The notes: generated from the letters alone by a model not told the origin. Shown: positions 5,988-15,323, numbered from the stretch's first letter. The stretch is 33,788 bases of DNA from an uncultured Candidatus Saccharibacteria bacterium (GCA_964593405.1 CAZQIO010000004.1:1-33788), one strand, 5' to 3'. Numbers and translations are program-made.

Positions 5988-8900
5988 AAAAAGAAGAATA
6001 TACAGCAAAAGATATTCAAATTTTATCAGGACTGGAACCTGTAAGGAAAAGGCCGGCAATGTACATTGGCTCTACTGGAATAGAGGGCGTTCACCATTTG
6101 CTAAAAGAGATTGTTTTTAATTCTTTAACCTACCGGACCCCGGTTTTAGTTGAAATTGGAGGGAAAATTCAAATTTTAGAAATTGGGAGTTTAATCGATA
6201 AGGCCTTTAAGGAGAATAAAGAAAAAATTGAAAGAGATTTTTCTGGTCAAACAGAGATTTTAAGAGGAATTGAAATGAAGGCCCTTTCTTTTGACCCAAA
6301 GACTTTAAAATTGGGTTTTTATCCAGTTTCTTCTTTAATTAGGCACAAAGTAAATAGTGAAATCTATCGAATCACTCTCCAAAACAACCGACAAATTGAA
6401 ATTACTCCTTATCATTCCTTATTTACTTTAAAAGAAGGAAAAGTAGTTCCAATAAAAGGGGAAGAAATTAAAATTGACACTCCGATTATCGTTCCTAAAA
6501 ATTGGCCAGAACCAAAAACACCAATTCGAGAAATTGATTTAGTGGATGAACTTTTAAAACTTTCTCCAAGAAAAACAAGAAAGATAAAAATTTATGGTTT
6601 AGCATCTTTTTTGAAGTCAAATTCAGAAATCTCTGAGAAAATAAAGGGAAACATTCCAAAAGTGAAAGTTACGAAAGGCAAAAACTCGAGAAAAAGAGAG
6701 GCTATTTGGCGAGATTATCTTAGATACGATTACCTTCCTTTCAATTTTATTAGGAAGCTTTCCCTTGCAGAAATTGAGAAAATTAAAAATCAATCGATCC
6801 TTTTGGGGGACAAAGGAGGTTTAAAACTCCCATCCAAATTAAAATTGAACCGAGAATTGGTTGAACTTTTAGGAATTTTTGCCGCTGAGGGAACGATTGA
6901 AAAGGAAAAAGGAAATTACAAAATAGTTTTTAGCTTTGGAACGAAAGAGAAAGAATTAATAAGTTATTGCCAAAAGTTAATCGAAAAAATATTCAAATTT
7001 AAACCCTCTCTTTATTATGCTCATTCAACCGCCCGAATCTTGAATATCAATTCTCATTTAGTAGGTTTGATTTTCAAAGAAATAATTAAAACAGGGGAGA
7101 ATAGCTCAAAAAAGATTGTTCCGGATTTAATCTTTAATTTGGAACGAGACTTGAGAGAAAGATATTTAATTGCTTTTATGGCTGCTGATGGTTATCCAAG
7201 TGATTTTTGGACAAAATGTTTAATTTCTAAAGTTTCCCCATTACAGGATGAAAAAAAGAAATTCATTTTAGTAACTAAGAATTGGGCAATGGCAATGAGA
7301 TTTGCCTATTTGCTCTCTTCTTTGAACAAGACCTATTCAATAAAATCTTCTTTTGCCATCGATTTCTATTGGAACACAACTTCCTCTTATATCAATTATC
7401 TTCCGACTCGAGAAATAGTTTCAAAAGTTTTTTGGGGTTGGCCTCACGAATTTTCTCTCAGTTTTTACGGAAACGGAGGGACGACCAAAACTAAAATTTT
7501 GTCACTTTTTAGAAAACAAAAGTTGGTTTTGTATTCGGGAAGTCTCGAATTTATGAATTCTGATTTGGGGGTTTTAAGAGTGAAGCGAATTGAAAAAATC
7601 AAATACAAAAGGCCTTATGTTTACGATCTTTCTATTCCAGGCTGCGAAAATTTTGTCGCTGGCTTTTCACCAATAATTGCCCATAATTCAATCGATGAAG
7701 CGATAATGGGTTATTGCAACGAGATCAAAGTTTCTCTTTTGCCAGGAAATAAAGCCAGGGTAGAAGATAACGGAAGAGGAATTCCAGTTGACATTCATCC
7801 CCAAACCAAAAAACCAGCCTTAGAAACAATAGTTACTACTTTGCATGCTGGCGCAAAATTTTCTGGAAAAGTTTACGTTTGCAGCGGTGGGCTTCACGGT
7901 GTTGGAATTTCAGCAGTCTGCGCTCTTTCTGAGAAAATGAGAGTTGACGTTTTTAGGGATGGCTATCATTGGTTTCAAGAATACGAAAGGGGCAAACCAA
8001 AAACTAAAGTTGAAAGGTTAGAAAAAACTCAAAAAAGGGGCACAATAGTTACTTTCCAGCCAGACCCAGAAATTTTTAAAGAAGTTAGGTTCGATTCAGA
8101 GAAAATTTTAAACTTTTTGAGACAGCAGGCGTTTTTAAACAAAGGATTAAAAATAATTTTTGAGGACAAAAGAGAAAAGCCAAAAAAGACTTTTTGCTTT
8201 TATTTTGAAGGAGGGCTAATTTCTTATTTGAAGTATTTGATCAGGGGGCAAGAAAGAATTCAAAAAAATCTCTTTTATTGTTCAGATTCAAAAAACGACA
8301 TTTTAGTTGAGGTTGCCTTTTGCTACACTAATGAATACGAAACTTTTGAAGAGGCCTTTGCCAACAACGTTTTCAACCCAGAAGGGGGAACTCATTTGAC
8401 CGGTTTTCGTTCAGCCCTGACAAAAACTTTGAACGATTGGGCAAGAAAGAATGGCTTTTTGAAAGAAGGAGATGAGAATTTCAGCGGTGAAGATACTAGA
8501 GAAGGGTTGACAGCTTTGGTTTCAATAAAGATCAAAGAACCTCAGTTTGAGGGGCAAACAAAAATGAAATTGGGAAATCCAGAGGCAAAATCTGCAGTTG
8601 AAACTGTAGTCTCTCAGCATCTTTTTGATTTTTTAGAAAAAAACCCATCAGATGCCAGGGCAATAATTGAAAAGTGCCTTTTGGCCCAAAAAGCAAGAAA
8701 GGCTGCAAAGGCGGCAAAAGAAACAGTCTTGAGAAAAGGGATTTTGGAAGGGTTGTCCTTACCAGGAAAGCTTGCAGATTGCACAACAAAAAACCCGGCC
8801 GAGGCTGAACTTTTCATTGTTGAGGGAGAGTCTGCCGGCGGATCTTCAAGGCAGGCAAGGGATAGACGTTTTCAGGCAATTTTGCCACTTAGGGGGAAAA

Positions 8901-9457
8901 TTTTGAACGTTGAGAAGGCAAGGTTAGACAAAGTTTTGGCATCAAAAGAAATAAGGTCTTTGATCGTTGCTTTAGGAACTGCCATTGCCGAGGATTTTGA
9001 TATTGAAAAAATAAGATACCATCGAATAATCATTACCTGCGACGCTGATGTAGATGGAAATCACATCAAAACTTTACTTTTGACTTTGTTTTATCGCTAC
9101 TTTAGACCAGTGATTGAAAAAGGTTATTTGTACATTGCCCAACCACCCCTTTACAAAATTCAATCTGGAAAAGAAGTAAAGTACGCTTATTCTGAACAAG
9201 AAAAACAAAAAATTTTAAACTCAATGAAAAAAACTTTTGGAGTTTCAATTCAGAGATACAAAGGGCTTGGAGAAATGAACCCTCAAGAACTTTGGGAAAC
9301 AACGATGAATCCAGAAAAAAGGGTTTTGATCAAAGTAACCATTGAAGACGCCAAAGAGGCAGACAAAATTTTTGACATTTTGATGGGAAAAGATGTTTTG
9401 CCAAGGAAAAAATTCATTCAGGCCTGGGCAAAAAAGGTTAAAAACCTAGATATTTAA
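5984..9457 (+). CDS. gyrB: DNA gyrase subunit B precursor containing an intein
   Basis: The ATG at 5984 overlaps the pheT stop (ATGA). Extein motifs are GLEPVRKRPAMYIG, ..EIVFN / SIDEAIMGY.., GGLHGVG, EGESAGGS, PLRGKILNV and QRYKGLGEMNP. The TTG at 5966 in the ORF track is less likely to be the start. Confidence 0.93.
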   Translation: MKKEEYTAKDIQILSGLEPVRKRPAMYIGSTGIEGVHHLLKEIVFNSLTYRTPVLVEIGGKIQILEIGSLIDKAFKENKEKIERDFSGQTEILRGIEMKALSFDPKTLKLGFYPVSSLIRHKVNSEIYRITLQNNRQIEITPYHSLFTLKEGKVVPIKGEEIKIDTPIIVPKNWPEPKTPIREIDLVDELLKLSPRKTRKIKIYGLASFLKSNSEISEKIKGNIPKVKVTKGKNSRKREAIWRDYLRYDYLPFNFIRKLSLAEIEKIKNQSILLGDKGGLKLPSKLKLNRELVELLGIFAAEGTIEKEKGNYKIVFSFGTKEKELISYCQKLIEKIFKFKPSLYYAHSTARILNINSHLVGLIFKEIIKTGENSSKKIVPDLIFNLERDLRERYLIAFMAADGYPSDFWTKCLISKVSPLQDEKKKFILVTKNWAMAMRFAYLLSSLNKTYSIKSSFAIDFYWNTTSSYINYLPTREIVSKVFWGWPHEFSLSFYGNGGTTKTKILSLFRKQKLVLYSGSLEFMNSDLGVLRVKRIEKIKYKRPYVYDLSIPGCENFVAGFSPIIAHNSIDEAIMGYCNEIKVSLLPGNKARVEDNGRGIPVDIHPQTKKPALETIVTTLHAGAKFSGKVYVCSGGLHGVGISAVCALSEKMRVDVFRDGYHWFQEYERGKPKTKVERLEKTQKRGTIVTFQPDPEIFKEVRFDSEKILNFLRQQAFLNKGLKIIFEDKREKPKKTFCFYFEGGLISYLKYLIRGQERIQKNLFYCSDSKNDILVEVAFCYTNEYETFEEAFANNVFNPEGGTHLTGFRSALTKTLNDWARKNGFLKEGDENFSGEDTREGLTALVSIKIKEPQFEGQTKMKLGNPEAKSAVETVVSQHLFDFLEKNPSDARAIIEKCLLAQKARKAAKAAKETVLRKGILEGLSLPGKLADCTTKNPAEAELFIVEGESAGGSSRQARDRRFQAILPLRGKILNVEKARLDKVLASKEIRSLIVALGTAIAEDFDIEKIRYHRIIITCDADVDGNHIKTLLLTLFYRYFRPVIEKGYLYIAQPPLYKIQSGKEVKYAYSEQEKQKILNSMKKTFGVSIQRYKGLGEMNPQELWETTMNPEKRVLIKVTIEDAKEADKIFDILMGKDVLPRKKFIQAWAKKVKNLDI
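6122..7687 (+). mobile_element. GyrB intein (522 aa) with LAGLIDADG homing-endonuclease domain
   Basis: The insert splits the N-box motif (FN | SIDEA). It starts SLTYRTPVLV (block A-like) and has TPYHSLF (block B, TxxH). Two LAGLIDADG motifs are present, LLGIFAAEGT and LIAFMAADGY. It ends YVYDLSIPGCENFVAGFSPIIAHN followed by a +1 Ser. Confidence 0.85.
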
Positions 9458-9458
9458 C

Positions 9459-9650
9459 ATGAAATTTTTTAGGAAAATTTTCCAATTTTTGAGAGAATCT
9501 TTTTTAGAGCTGAAAAAGGTTTCCTGGCCGACAAAAAAAGAGACTTTACAATATTTGGCGGTTGTGATTACAATTTCTTTAGTAGTGGCAATTTATCTCG
9601 GTGCCATAGATTATATTTTTTCAATCTTTTTGCGAAAATTTTTCTTTTAG
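9459..9650 (+). CDS. secE: Preprotein translocase subunit SecE
   Basis: 63-aa ORF with the motif KVSWPTKKET followed by a single TM helix. It sits immediately upstream of nusG, the canonical synteny. Confidence 0.85.
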   Translation: MKFFRKIFQFLRESFLELKKVSWPTKKETLQYLAVVITISLVVAIYLGAIDYIFSIFLRKFFF

Positions 9651-9659
9651 TTTAAATTC

Positions 9660-10205
9660 ATGCCAAAACAAAAAATCCCAAAAGAGAGAAAATGGTACGT
9701 TATCCACACTTATTCTGGTTATGAAGACGCGGTGGCAAAAAACTTAATGCAAAGAGTTAAATCTTTGGGAATGGAAGACAAAATTTTTAATGTTTTAGTT
9801 CCAAAAGAGAAAAAAATAAAAATTAAAGGGGGAAAGAGGGAAGTTGTTGAAGAAAAAATTTATCCAGGTTATGTTTTGGTCGAAATGATCGTCGATGATG
9901 ATTCTTGGTATGTTGTCAGAAACACTCCAAACGTTACTGGCTTTGTTGGTTCTGGCACCACTCCAATCCCTGTTTCTGATGAGGAAATAAAGGCTCTTTT
10001 GAAAAGAATGGAAATTAAAGAACCAGAATATAAAATTGAAGTTAAAGTTGGCGATTTAGTGAAAATTATCGATGGGCCATTTAAGGATTTTGACGGAAAG
10101 GTTGCTGAAATTGATGAGGAAAAAGGGAGGGTAAAGGTTTTGGTTAATTTGTTTGGCCGGGACACTCCGGTCGATTTGGATTATTTGCAAATTAAAAAAT
10201 TATGA
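9660..10205 (+). CDS. nusG: Transcription termination/antitermination factor NusG
   Basis: NGN domain ([12 protein letters not shown]) and KOW motif ([19 protein letters not shown]). Confidence 0.95.
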   Translation: MPKQKIPKERKWYVIHTYSGYEDAVAKNLMQRVKSLGMEDKIFNVLVPKEKKIKIKGGKREVVEEKIYPGYVLVEMIVDDDSWYVVRNTPNVTGFVGSGTTPIPVSDEEIKALLKRMEIKEPEYKIEVKVGDLVKIIDGPFKDFDGKVAEIDEEKGRVKVLVNLFGRDTPVDLDYLQIKKL

Positions 10206-10624
10206 AAAAAATTAAGGCAAGACTAAAACTTGAAATTGAAGCAGGAAAGGCAACTCCAGCTCCACCGGTAGGACCTGCTTTAGCTCCTCACGGAATAAAC
10301 CTCAAAGAATTTTGCGACAAATTCAACCTTGCAACAAAAGACAAGGTTGGTTTTTTAATTCCTGTTGAGGTTTTGGTTTTCGAAGACAAAACTTTTGAAA
10401 TGAGAATAAAACAACCTTCTACTTCCCAGCTTTTAAAAAGGGCAGCCGGAATTGACAAAGCCTCTCCAGAAGCTGGAAAGAGAATTGTTGGGAAAATTAC
10501 CCGGGAGCAATTGAGAGAAATTGCCAAAATTAAATTGCCAGATTTGAACACTAAAGATATTGAAAAGGCAATGAAAATTATTGAAGGACAGGCAAAAAGC
10601 ATGGGGATTGAAGTCGTTGATTAA
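10202..10624 (+). CDS. rplK: 50S ribosomal protein L11
   Basis: Contains [22 protein letters not shown]. The start overlaps the nusG stop (ATGA). Confidence 0.95.
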   Translation: MKKIKARLKLEIEAGKATPAPPVGPALAPHGINLKEFCDKFNLATKDKVGFLIPVEVLVFEDKTFEMRIKQPSTSQLLKRAAGIDKASPEAGKRIVGKITREQLREIAKIKLPDLNTKDIEKAMKIIEGQAKSMGIEVVD

Positions 10625-10626
10625 AC

Positions 10627-11166
10627 ATGGAAAAGAGGCCAGAAAAAGACGAATATTATTTGGCAATAGCCAGAGAGATTGGTAAAAGGTCGACCTGTTT
10701 CAGAAACAAAGGAGGAGCGATTATTGTCAAAGACGATGTCATCGTTGCCACAGGTTATATTGGGGCTCCGAGAAAGACAAAAGATTGTTTTGAAAGAGGA
10801 GAATGTTTGAGGGACAAATTGAAAATTCCTCACGGAAGAAACTATGAAATTTGTCGCTCTGTCCATGCAGAGCAAAACGCCATAATTAACGCAGCCAGGT
10901 CTGGAAGCTCTGTTTTGGGAGGCGACCTTTACATTTGGGCAACAGACAGAGAAGGAAAGCCGGTGGATTCTTTTCCGTGTTTTATTTGCAAAAAAATGAT
11001 CATTAACGCCGGTTTGAACAGGGTAATTTGTGCCACCAGAGATGGAAAATACAAAGTTTTTTATGTTAAAGATTGGGTTAAAGAATGGCAAGAAAAAGAC
11101 ATTTTAGATGACAAGTTCCAATACGGAAAAGATTTAAACATTAAAGAAGGCTTCCAAAGTTTGTGA
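10627..11166 (+). CDS. dCMP deaminase (cytidine/deoxycytidylate deaminase family)
   Basis: Zinc motifs HAEQNAI and PCFICKKMI. At 179 aa the size is typical of ComEB/dCMP deaminases. Confidence 0.8.
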   Translation: MEKRPEKDEYYLAIAREIGKRSTCFRNKGGAIIVKDDVIVATGYIGAPRKTKDCFERGECLRDKLKIPHGRNYEICRSVHAEQNAIINAARSGSSVLGGDLYIWATDREGKPVDSFPCFICKKMIINAGLNRVICATRDGKYKVFYVKDWVKEWQEKDILDDKFQYGKDLNIKEGFQSL

Positions 11167-12002
11167 AAATAAAAATTGTCAAACCAAAAATTTGGAATTT
11201 CAAGGTTCAGGGAGGAAAAAAAGCCTGGCAAGAAGTTGTCTATTGTGCCAGGGTGAGCGGGGTTCCTCCAGAAATCAAAAATGAAAAAGTTTTTGAAATG
11301 ATTTTGAAAAACGATTACACTTCAGCGATCGAGCACGTAATAGTTAAATTTGATTTGAAAATGACAAAAGGTTGCAGCCCTGAATTTTTAGAGCACAGAA
11401 TAGCAAGTCACACCGGTTATTCAACAAGATACATTAAAGTTTCAGAGGGGTTTGGCAAAAAATTTTCTTTTTATGAAATAATTTTGCCTTGGCATTTTTT
11501 GAAACCGAAAGACAAAAAAACGAAAATTCAAAGAGAAATTTTTTTAAAAAGTATAAAAGAAAACCTTCAAAATTATGAGAATTTTTTAAAAGAAGGACTT
11601 CCTAAAGAATCTGCCAGATACATTTTGCCATTTTGCCAGGCAGTCGGAATTTATCATGTAACAATCAATTTGAGATCTTTGCTAAACCTTTTGGGATTGC
11701 GACTTTGCGTGAGAGCCTCTCCTGAGTTCAAATGTTTGGCTTCCCAAATTTATTTTAATTTGATAAAAAAATTACCAATAATGAGGGGGTTTTTAGGTTG
11801 CCGAGCGATAATGAGAGGCCTTTGTCCTGAAAACGAAGCCAGATTTCCAACAGATTGCCCATTCAAAAACAAAGATTCAGAAATTTTCATTCCGACTATT
11901 AAAGAGTTTGAGGCTGGCATTTTCCCTAAAAAATTTAATTTGGAAAAAATAATTGAAGCTCAAGAAAAGGTCTTTTTGAGGTTTGCAAAATGGGAAGGTT
12001 AA
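11163..12002 (+). CDS. thyX: ThyX-like flavin-dependent thymidylate synthase (variant motif)
   Basis: The GTG start overlaps the upstream stop. AIEHVIVKFDL..EHRIASHTGYSTRY and KESARYILP..INLRSLLNLLGLR align with the ThyX core as I recall it from Thermotoga ThyX. The first Arg of the RHR motif is Glu here. Confidence 0.65.
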   Translation: MKIKIVKPKIWNFKVQGGKKAWQEVVYCARVSGVPPEIKNEKVFEMILKNDYTSAIEHVIVKFDLKMTKGCSPEFLEHRIASHTGYSTRYIKVSEGFGKKFSFYEIILPWHFLKPKDKKTKIQREIFLKSIKENLQNYENFLKEGLPKESARYILPFCQAVGIYHVTINLRSLLNLLGLRLCVRASPEFKCLASQIYFNLIKKLPIMRGFLGCRAIMRGLCPENEARFPTDCPFKNKDSEIFIPTIKEFEAGIFPKKFNLEKIIEAQEKVFLRFAKWEG

Positions 12003-12676
12003 AAGTAAAAAAAGAAATTTTGAGAATCTTTTTTGCTACCTTTTTGTCTTTTTTATTTTTGATTTTGAGCCAAATTAAATTTGCCCCAATTTTGGGGACA
12101 AAAATGAAATTTTCTCTGGCTGTCTTTTTGGGTCCAACTTTGCCAAAAATTTTTGGAGGGTTTTTGGGAACATCTATAATATTTTTAACTCAGATTTTTG
12201 GCACAATTTTGGGAATTTTCAAATTTGAGGGAACAAAAGATATTTTCACTTTTTTTCCAATAGTTTTTGGAGGCATTTTTTTTGCCAAAATTTTCAAAAA
12301 AGAAAAGAAAGCTTTGCTCTTGCCTTTAATTTGCATTTTAATGTTTATTTTGCACCCAATTGGGCGCAAAGTTTGGTTTTATTCCCTTTTTTGGACAATT
12401 CCTTTAATTTTGTTTTTCTTTAAAATCCCAAAACTGAATTTGTTTTCAAATGCTTTAGCCACAGCTTTTGTTGATCATGCCGTAGGCTCTGTAATTTATC
12501 TTTATTTGCTTTCAATTCCAGCTCATTTTTGGGTTGAGGCCATCCCCCGCACGATTTTAGAAAGAATTTTCATTGGGGCCGGAATTTCTCTTTGCTACAA
12601 ATTAGAGAAAATTGCAATTGAACTTTTGCTTAAAATCCCATTTTTTGCCAAACTCAAATCTTTCGTTCTCACTTAA
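11990..12676 (+). CDS. Integral membrane protein of unknown function (about 6 TM)
   Basis: 228-aa ORF, very hydrophobic with several predicted helices. The start overlaps the thyX stop by 13 nt and the ORF ends 1 nt before glyA. No recognisable motif. Confidence 0.6.
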   Translation: MGRLKVKKEILRIFFATFLSFLFLILSQIKFAPILGTKMKFSLAVFLGPTLPKIFGGFLGTSIIFLTQIFGTILGIFKFEGTKDIFTFFPIVFGGIFFAKIFKKEKKALLLPLICILMFILHPIGRKVWFYSLFWTIPLILFFFKIPKLNLFSNALATAFVDHAVGSVIYLYLLSIPAHFWVEAIPRTILERIFIGAGISLCYKLEKIAIELLLKIPFFAKLKSFVLT

Positions 12677-12677
12677 A

Positions 12678-13928
12678 ATGAAATTGATTTTAAAAATCAA
12701 AGAAACCGTCAAAAAACACAACCTTTGGAGAAAAAATTGTCTCAATTTAATTGCCAGCGAAAATTTACTTTCTCCTTTGGCCAAAAAATATTTAATTTCT
12801 GATTTTTTGGGAAGATACAACGAACACTCAACAAAAAACGGAAAATTCATCTCTCACTACCAAGGAACAAAATTTGCAAACGAAATTGAAAAAATTTGCA
12901 ACAAAATTTTTTCTCAAAAATTTTCCACTCCTTTTGTTGACACAAGAGCAATCTCTGGGGCAGTGGCCAATTTAATAGTCTATCGTTCTTTTTTAAACCC
13001 AGGAGATTTCTTTTTAGCACCAGGGCTAACTTTTGGCGGCCATGTCTCTTCAAGCCATTTTGGAATTGCCGGGATTTGCGGTCTAAAAAGCATTGATTTG
13101 CCATTTGATGAGAAAAATTTTCAAATTGATTTGGAAAGAGCGATTCCCTTGATCAAAAAAACAAAACCAAAGCTAATCATGCTCGGAAGGTCAATGTTTT
13201 TGAGACCAGAACCAATCAGAGAAATTAGAAAAGAAACTGAAGCAATAATAGTTTATGATGCTTCCCATGTCTTTGGTTTAATTTTTGGAAAAACCTTCCA
13301 AGACCCCTTCAAAGAAGGAGCAGACATTATTACTTCTTCTACCCACAAAACATTTCCCGGTCCCCAAGGAGGAATTATTTTGGCAAAAAAAGATTTTCCG
13401 ATTGAACTTTGGCGGAAAATTCAAAGGACAATTTTTCCAGGAACAATTTCAAACCATCACATTTTCCGCTTGCCGGCCCTTGCCATCACCGCTTTGGAAA
13501 TGAAAAAGTTTGGCAAAAATTATGCAAAACAAACAATAAAAAATGCAAAAATTTTGGCAGAAAACCTTTTCAATTTTGGTTTTGATGTTTTAGGAGAAAG
13601 TTTTGGGTTTACTCAATCTCACCAAGTTATCGTTGATGTCAAAAAATTTGGTGGGGGAGAGGTGGTGGCAAAAAAACTCGAAAGAGCAAACATTATTGTT
13701 AACAAAATGGCTTTACCAAAAGATAAACCAAAAGATGCAACCAAAAATCCTTCAGGAATTAGAATTGGCACCCAAGAGGTAACCAGAATCGGAATGAAAG
13801 AAAACGAAATGAAAGAGATAGCCAAATTTTTCAAAGAAATTTTGATCGAGAAAAAAAATCCAGCAAAAGTAAAAAAGAAGGTAGTAGCTTTCAAAAAAAA
13901 TTTCCAAAAAATTCACTATTGCTTTTAA
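12678..13928 (+). CDS. glyA: Serine hydroxymethyltransferase
   Basis: LIASEN motif and PLP-lysine motif SSTHKTFPGPQGG. The ATG at 12678 is preferred over the upstream in-frame start at 12612, which overlaps the membrane protein gene. Confidence 0.9.
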   Translation: MKLILKIKETVKKHNLWRKNCLNLIASENLLSPLAKKYLISDFLGRYNEHSTKNGKFISHYQGTKFANEIEKICNKIFSQKFSTPFVDTRAISGAVANLIVYRSFLNPGDFFLAPGLTFGGHVSSSHFGIAGICGLKSIDLPFDEKNFQIDLERAIPLIKKTKPKLIMLGRSMFLRPEPIREIRKETEAIIVYDASHVFGLIFGKTFQDPFKEGADIITSSTHKTFPGPQGGIILAKKDFPIELWRKIQRTIFPGTISNHHIFRLPALAITALEMKKFGKNYAKQTIKNAKILAENLFNFGFDVLGESFGFTQSHQVIVDVKKFGGGEVVAKKLERANIIVNKMALPKDKPKDATKNPSGIRIGTQEVTRIGMKENEMKEIAKFFKEILIEKKNPAKVKKKVVAFKKNFQKIHYCF

Positions 13929-14651
13929 ATGGAAAAAATTTCAAACCTAAAAAAAATCGTTGAAAATTTAAAAAAGAAAAAAAACGTTATTGGAATTTTT
14001 TTGGCAGGATCTTTTGCCAGAAAAGAAGCCCATCAATTTTCAGACATTGACCTTTATGTCTTGACAAAAAGAAAGGTTAAAAAAACTCTTTCTGACCCAT
14101 TCGACCCATTGCACATTACTTTTTTAACTCAGAAAGATTTAGAAAAAAGATTTAGAGATCAAGATTGGATTTTTTCAAGATGTCTAATTTTAAACGGGAA
14201 AATTTTCTATGACCCAAAAGGAATTTTAAAAAAATTAAAAAAGAAGGCAAAAAAATACCCAGAGGACATTCGCCAATTTGAATTGAGGGCAAATGTTTTC
14301 CATTCAAAATATCAACTCTCTCGGGCAAAATACGCTTTGTTAAAAAAAGATTTCCCGTCGGCAGTTTACTTTTTAATGAGATGCGCTCAGGAGATTTTGT
14401 TTTTCTTTTACGTTCTAAACAAAATGTATTTGCCATCAGAAAGGAAAATATTTGAAGAAAGGAAAAAAATAAAAATTAAACCAAAAAATTTTGAAAAAAA
14501 AATAATCAAGGGGGGATGCCTTGACCTTTCAGCTTCAGAAATTAAAAAAAGAATAAAAATTTTAGAGAGCTTAATTTTTGAGCTGGAAAAATTTTACAAA
14601 AAGGAGGAAAAAAATTGGAAAAAGGAATATTTAAAAACCGTTTCTTTTTAA
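13929..14651 (+). CDS. Polbeta-superfamily nucleotidyltransferase with helical C-terminal (KNTase/HEPN-like) domain
   Basis: NTase signature GIFLAGSFARKEAHQFSDIDLYVL. The all-helical C-terminal half contains RANVFH (Rx4H). Confidence 0.6.
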   Translation: MEKISNLKKIVENLKKKKNVIGIFLAGSFARKEAHQFSDIDLYVLTKRKVKKTLSDPFDPLHITFLTQKDLEKRFRDQDWIFSRCLILNGKIFYDPKGILKKLKKKAKKYPEDIRQFELRANVFHSKYQLSRAKYALLKKDFPSAVYFLMRCAQEILFFFYVLNKMYLPSERKIFEERKKIKIKPKNFEKKIIKGGCLDLSASEIKKRIKILESLIFELEKFYKKEEKNWKKEYLKTVSF

Positions 14652-14662
14652 CTGGCTTTATT

Positions 14663-14690
14663 TTGTCAAAGGAAAAAATTTTGATAAAAT
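14663..14690 (+). promoter_or_regulatory. Sigma70-like promoter upstream of tmk (TTGTCA-16 nt-TGaTAAAAT)
   Basis: The -35 is at 14663-14668 and the extended -10 ends at 14690. The predicted start coincides with the A of the ATG at 14697, which would give a leaderless mRNA. Confidence 0.45.
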
Positions 14691-14696
14691 TTTGGT

Positions 14697-15323
14697 ATGG
14701 AAAAAAACCCTTATTTAGGAAAATTCATCGTTTTTGATTCTTTGGACGGTGCAGGAAATTCAACTCAGGTTAAAATTTTGGCAGACTATTTAAACAAAAT
14801 CGGAAAGAACACCCACATTACAAAAGAACCAACCTCTGGATTGATTGGGGGGCTAATCAAGAGTCAGCTAACTCATGACTGGAAATCTTCTCAAATTTGT
14901 TTGCAACTTTTGTTTTCGGCAGACAGGGCCTATCATTTAGAAAAAGAAGTGGTCCCTCTTTTGAAAAGGGGAATTAACGTAATTTCCGATAGATATTTTT
15001 TCTCAACTTTTGCCTACGGAAATTTGGAAATTAAAGATTTAGATTGGTTAATTAAAATCAACGATAAATTTTTACTTCCCGATTTGACCTTTTTTTTGAA
15101 AGTTTCGCCAAAAGTTTGCATTGAAAGAATAAAAAAAGACAGGTTTGAAATCACCCTTTTTGAAAAGGAAAAAATTTTAAAGAAAGTTTGGAAAAATTAT
15201 GAGATTTTGGCAAAAAAATTCACAAATGTTTTTGTGATTAATGGAGAAAGGCCGATTGAAGAAATTGCAAAAGAAATTAGAAAAATTACCCTTAAAAAAT
15301 TATGGCCAAAATTGAAAATTTAG
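14697..15323 (+). CDS. tmk: Thymidylate kinase
   Basis: P-loop variant FDSLDGAGNSTQ, the KEPT..G motif and DRYFFSTFAY (the DR[YH] motif). Confidence 0.88.
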   Translation: MEKNPYLGKFIVFDSLDGAGNSTQVKILADYLNKIGKNTHITKEPTSGLIGGLIKSQLTHDWKSSQICLQLLFSADRAYHLEKEVVPLLKRGINVISDRYFFSTFAYGNLEIKDLDWLIKINDKFLLPDLTFFLKVSPKVCIERIKKDRFEITLFEKEKILKKVWKNYEILAKKFTNVFVINGERPIEEIAKEIRKITLKKLWPKLKI

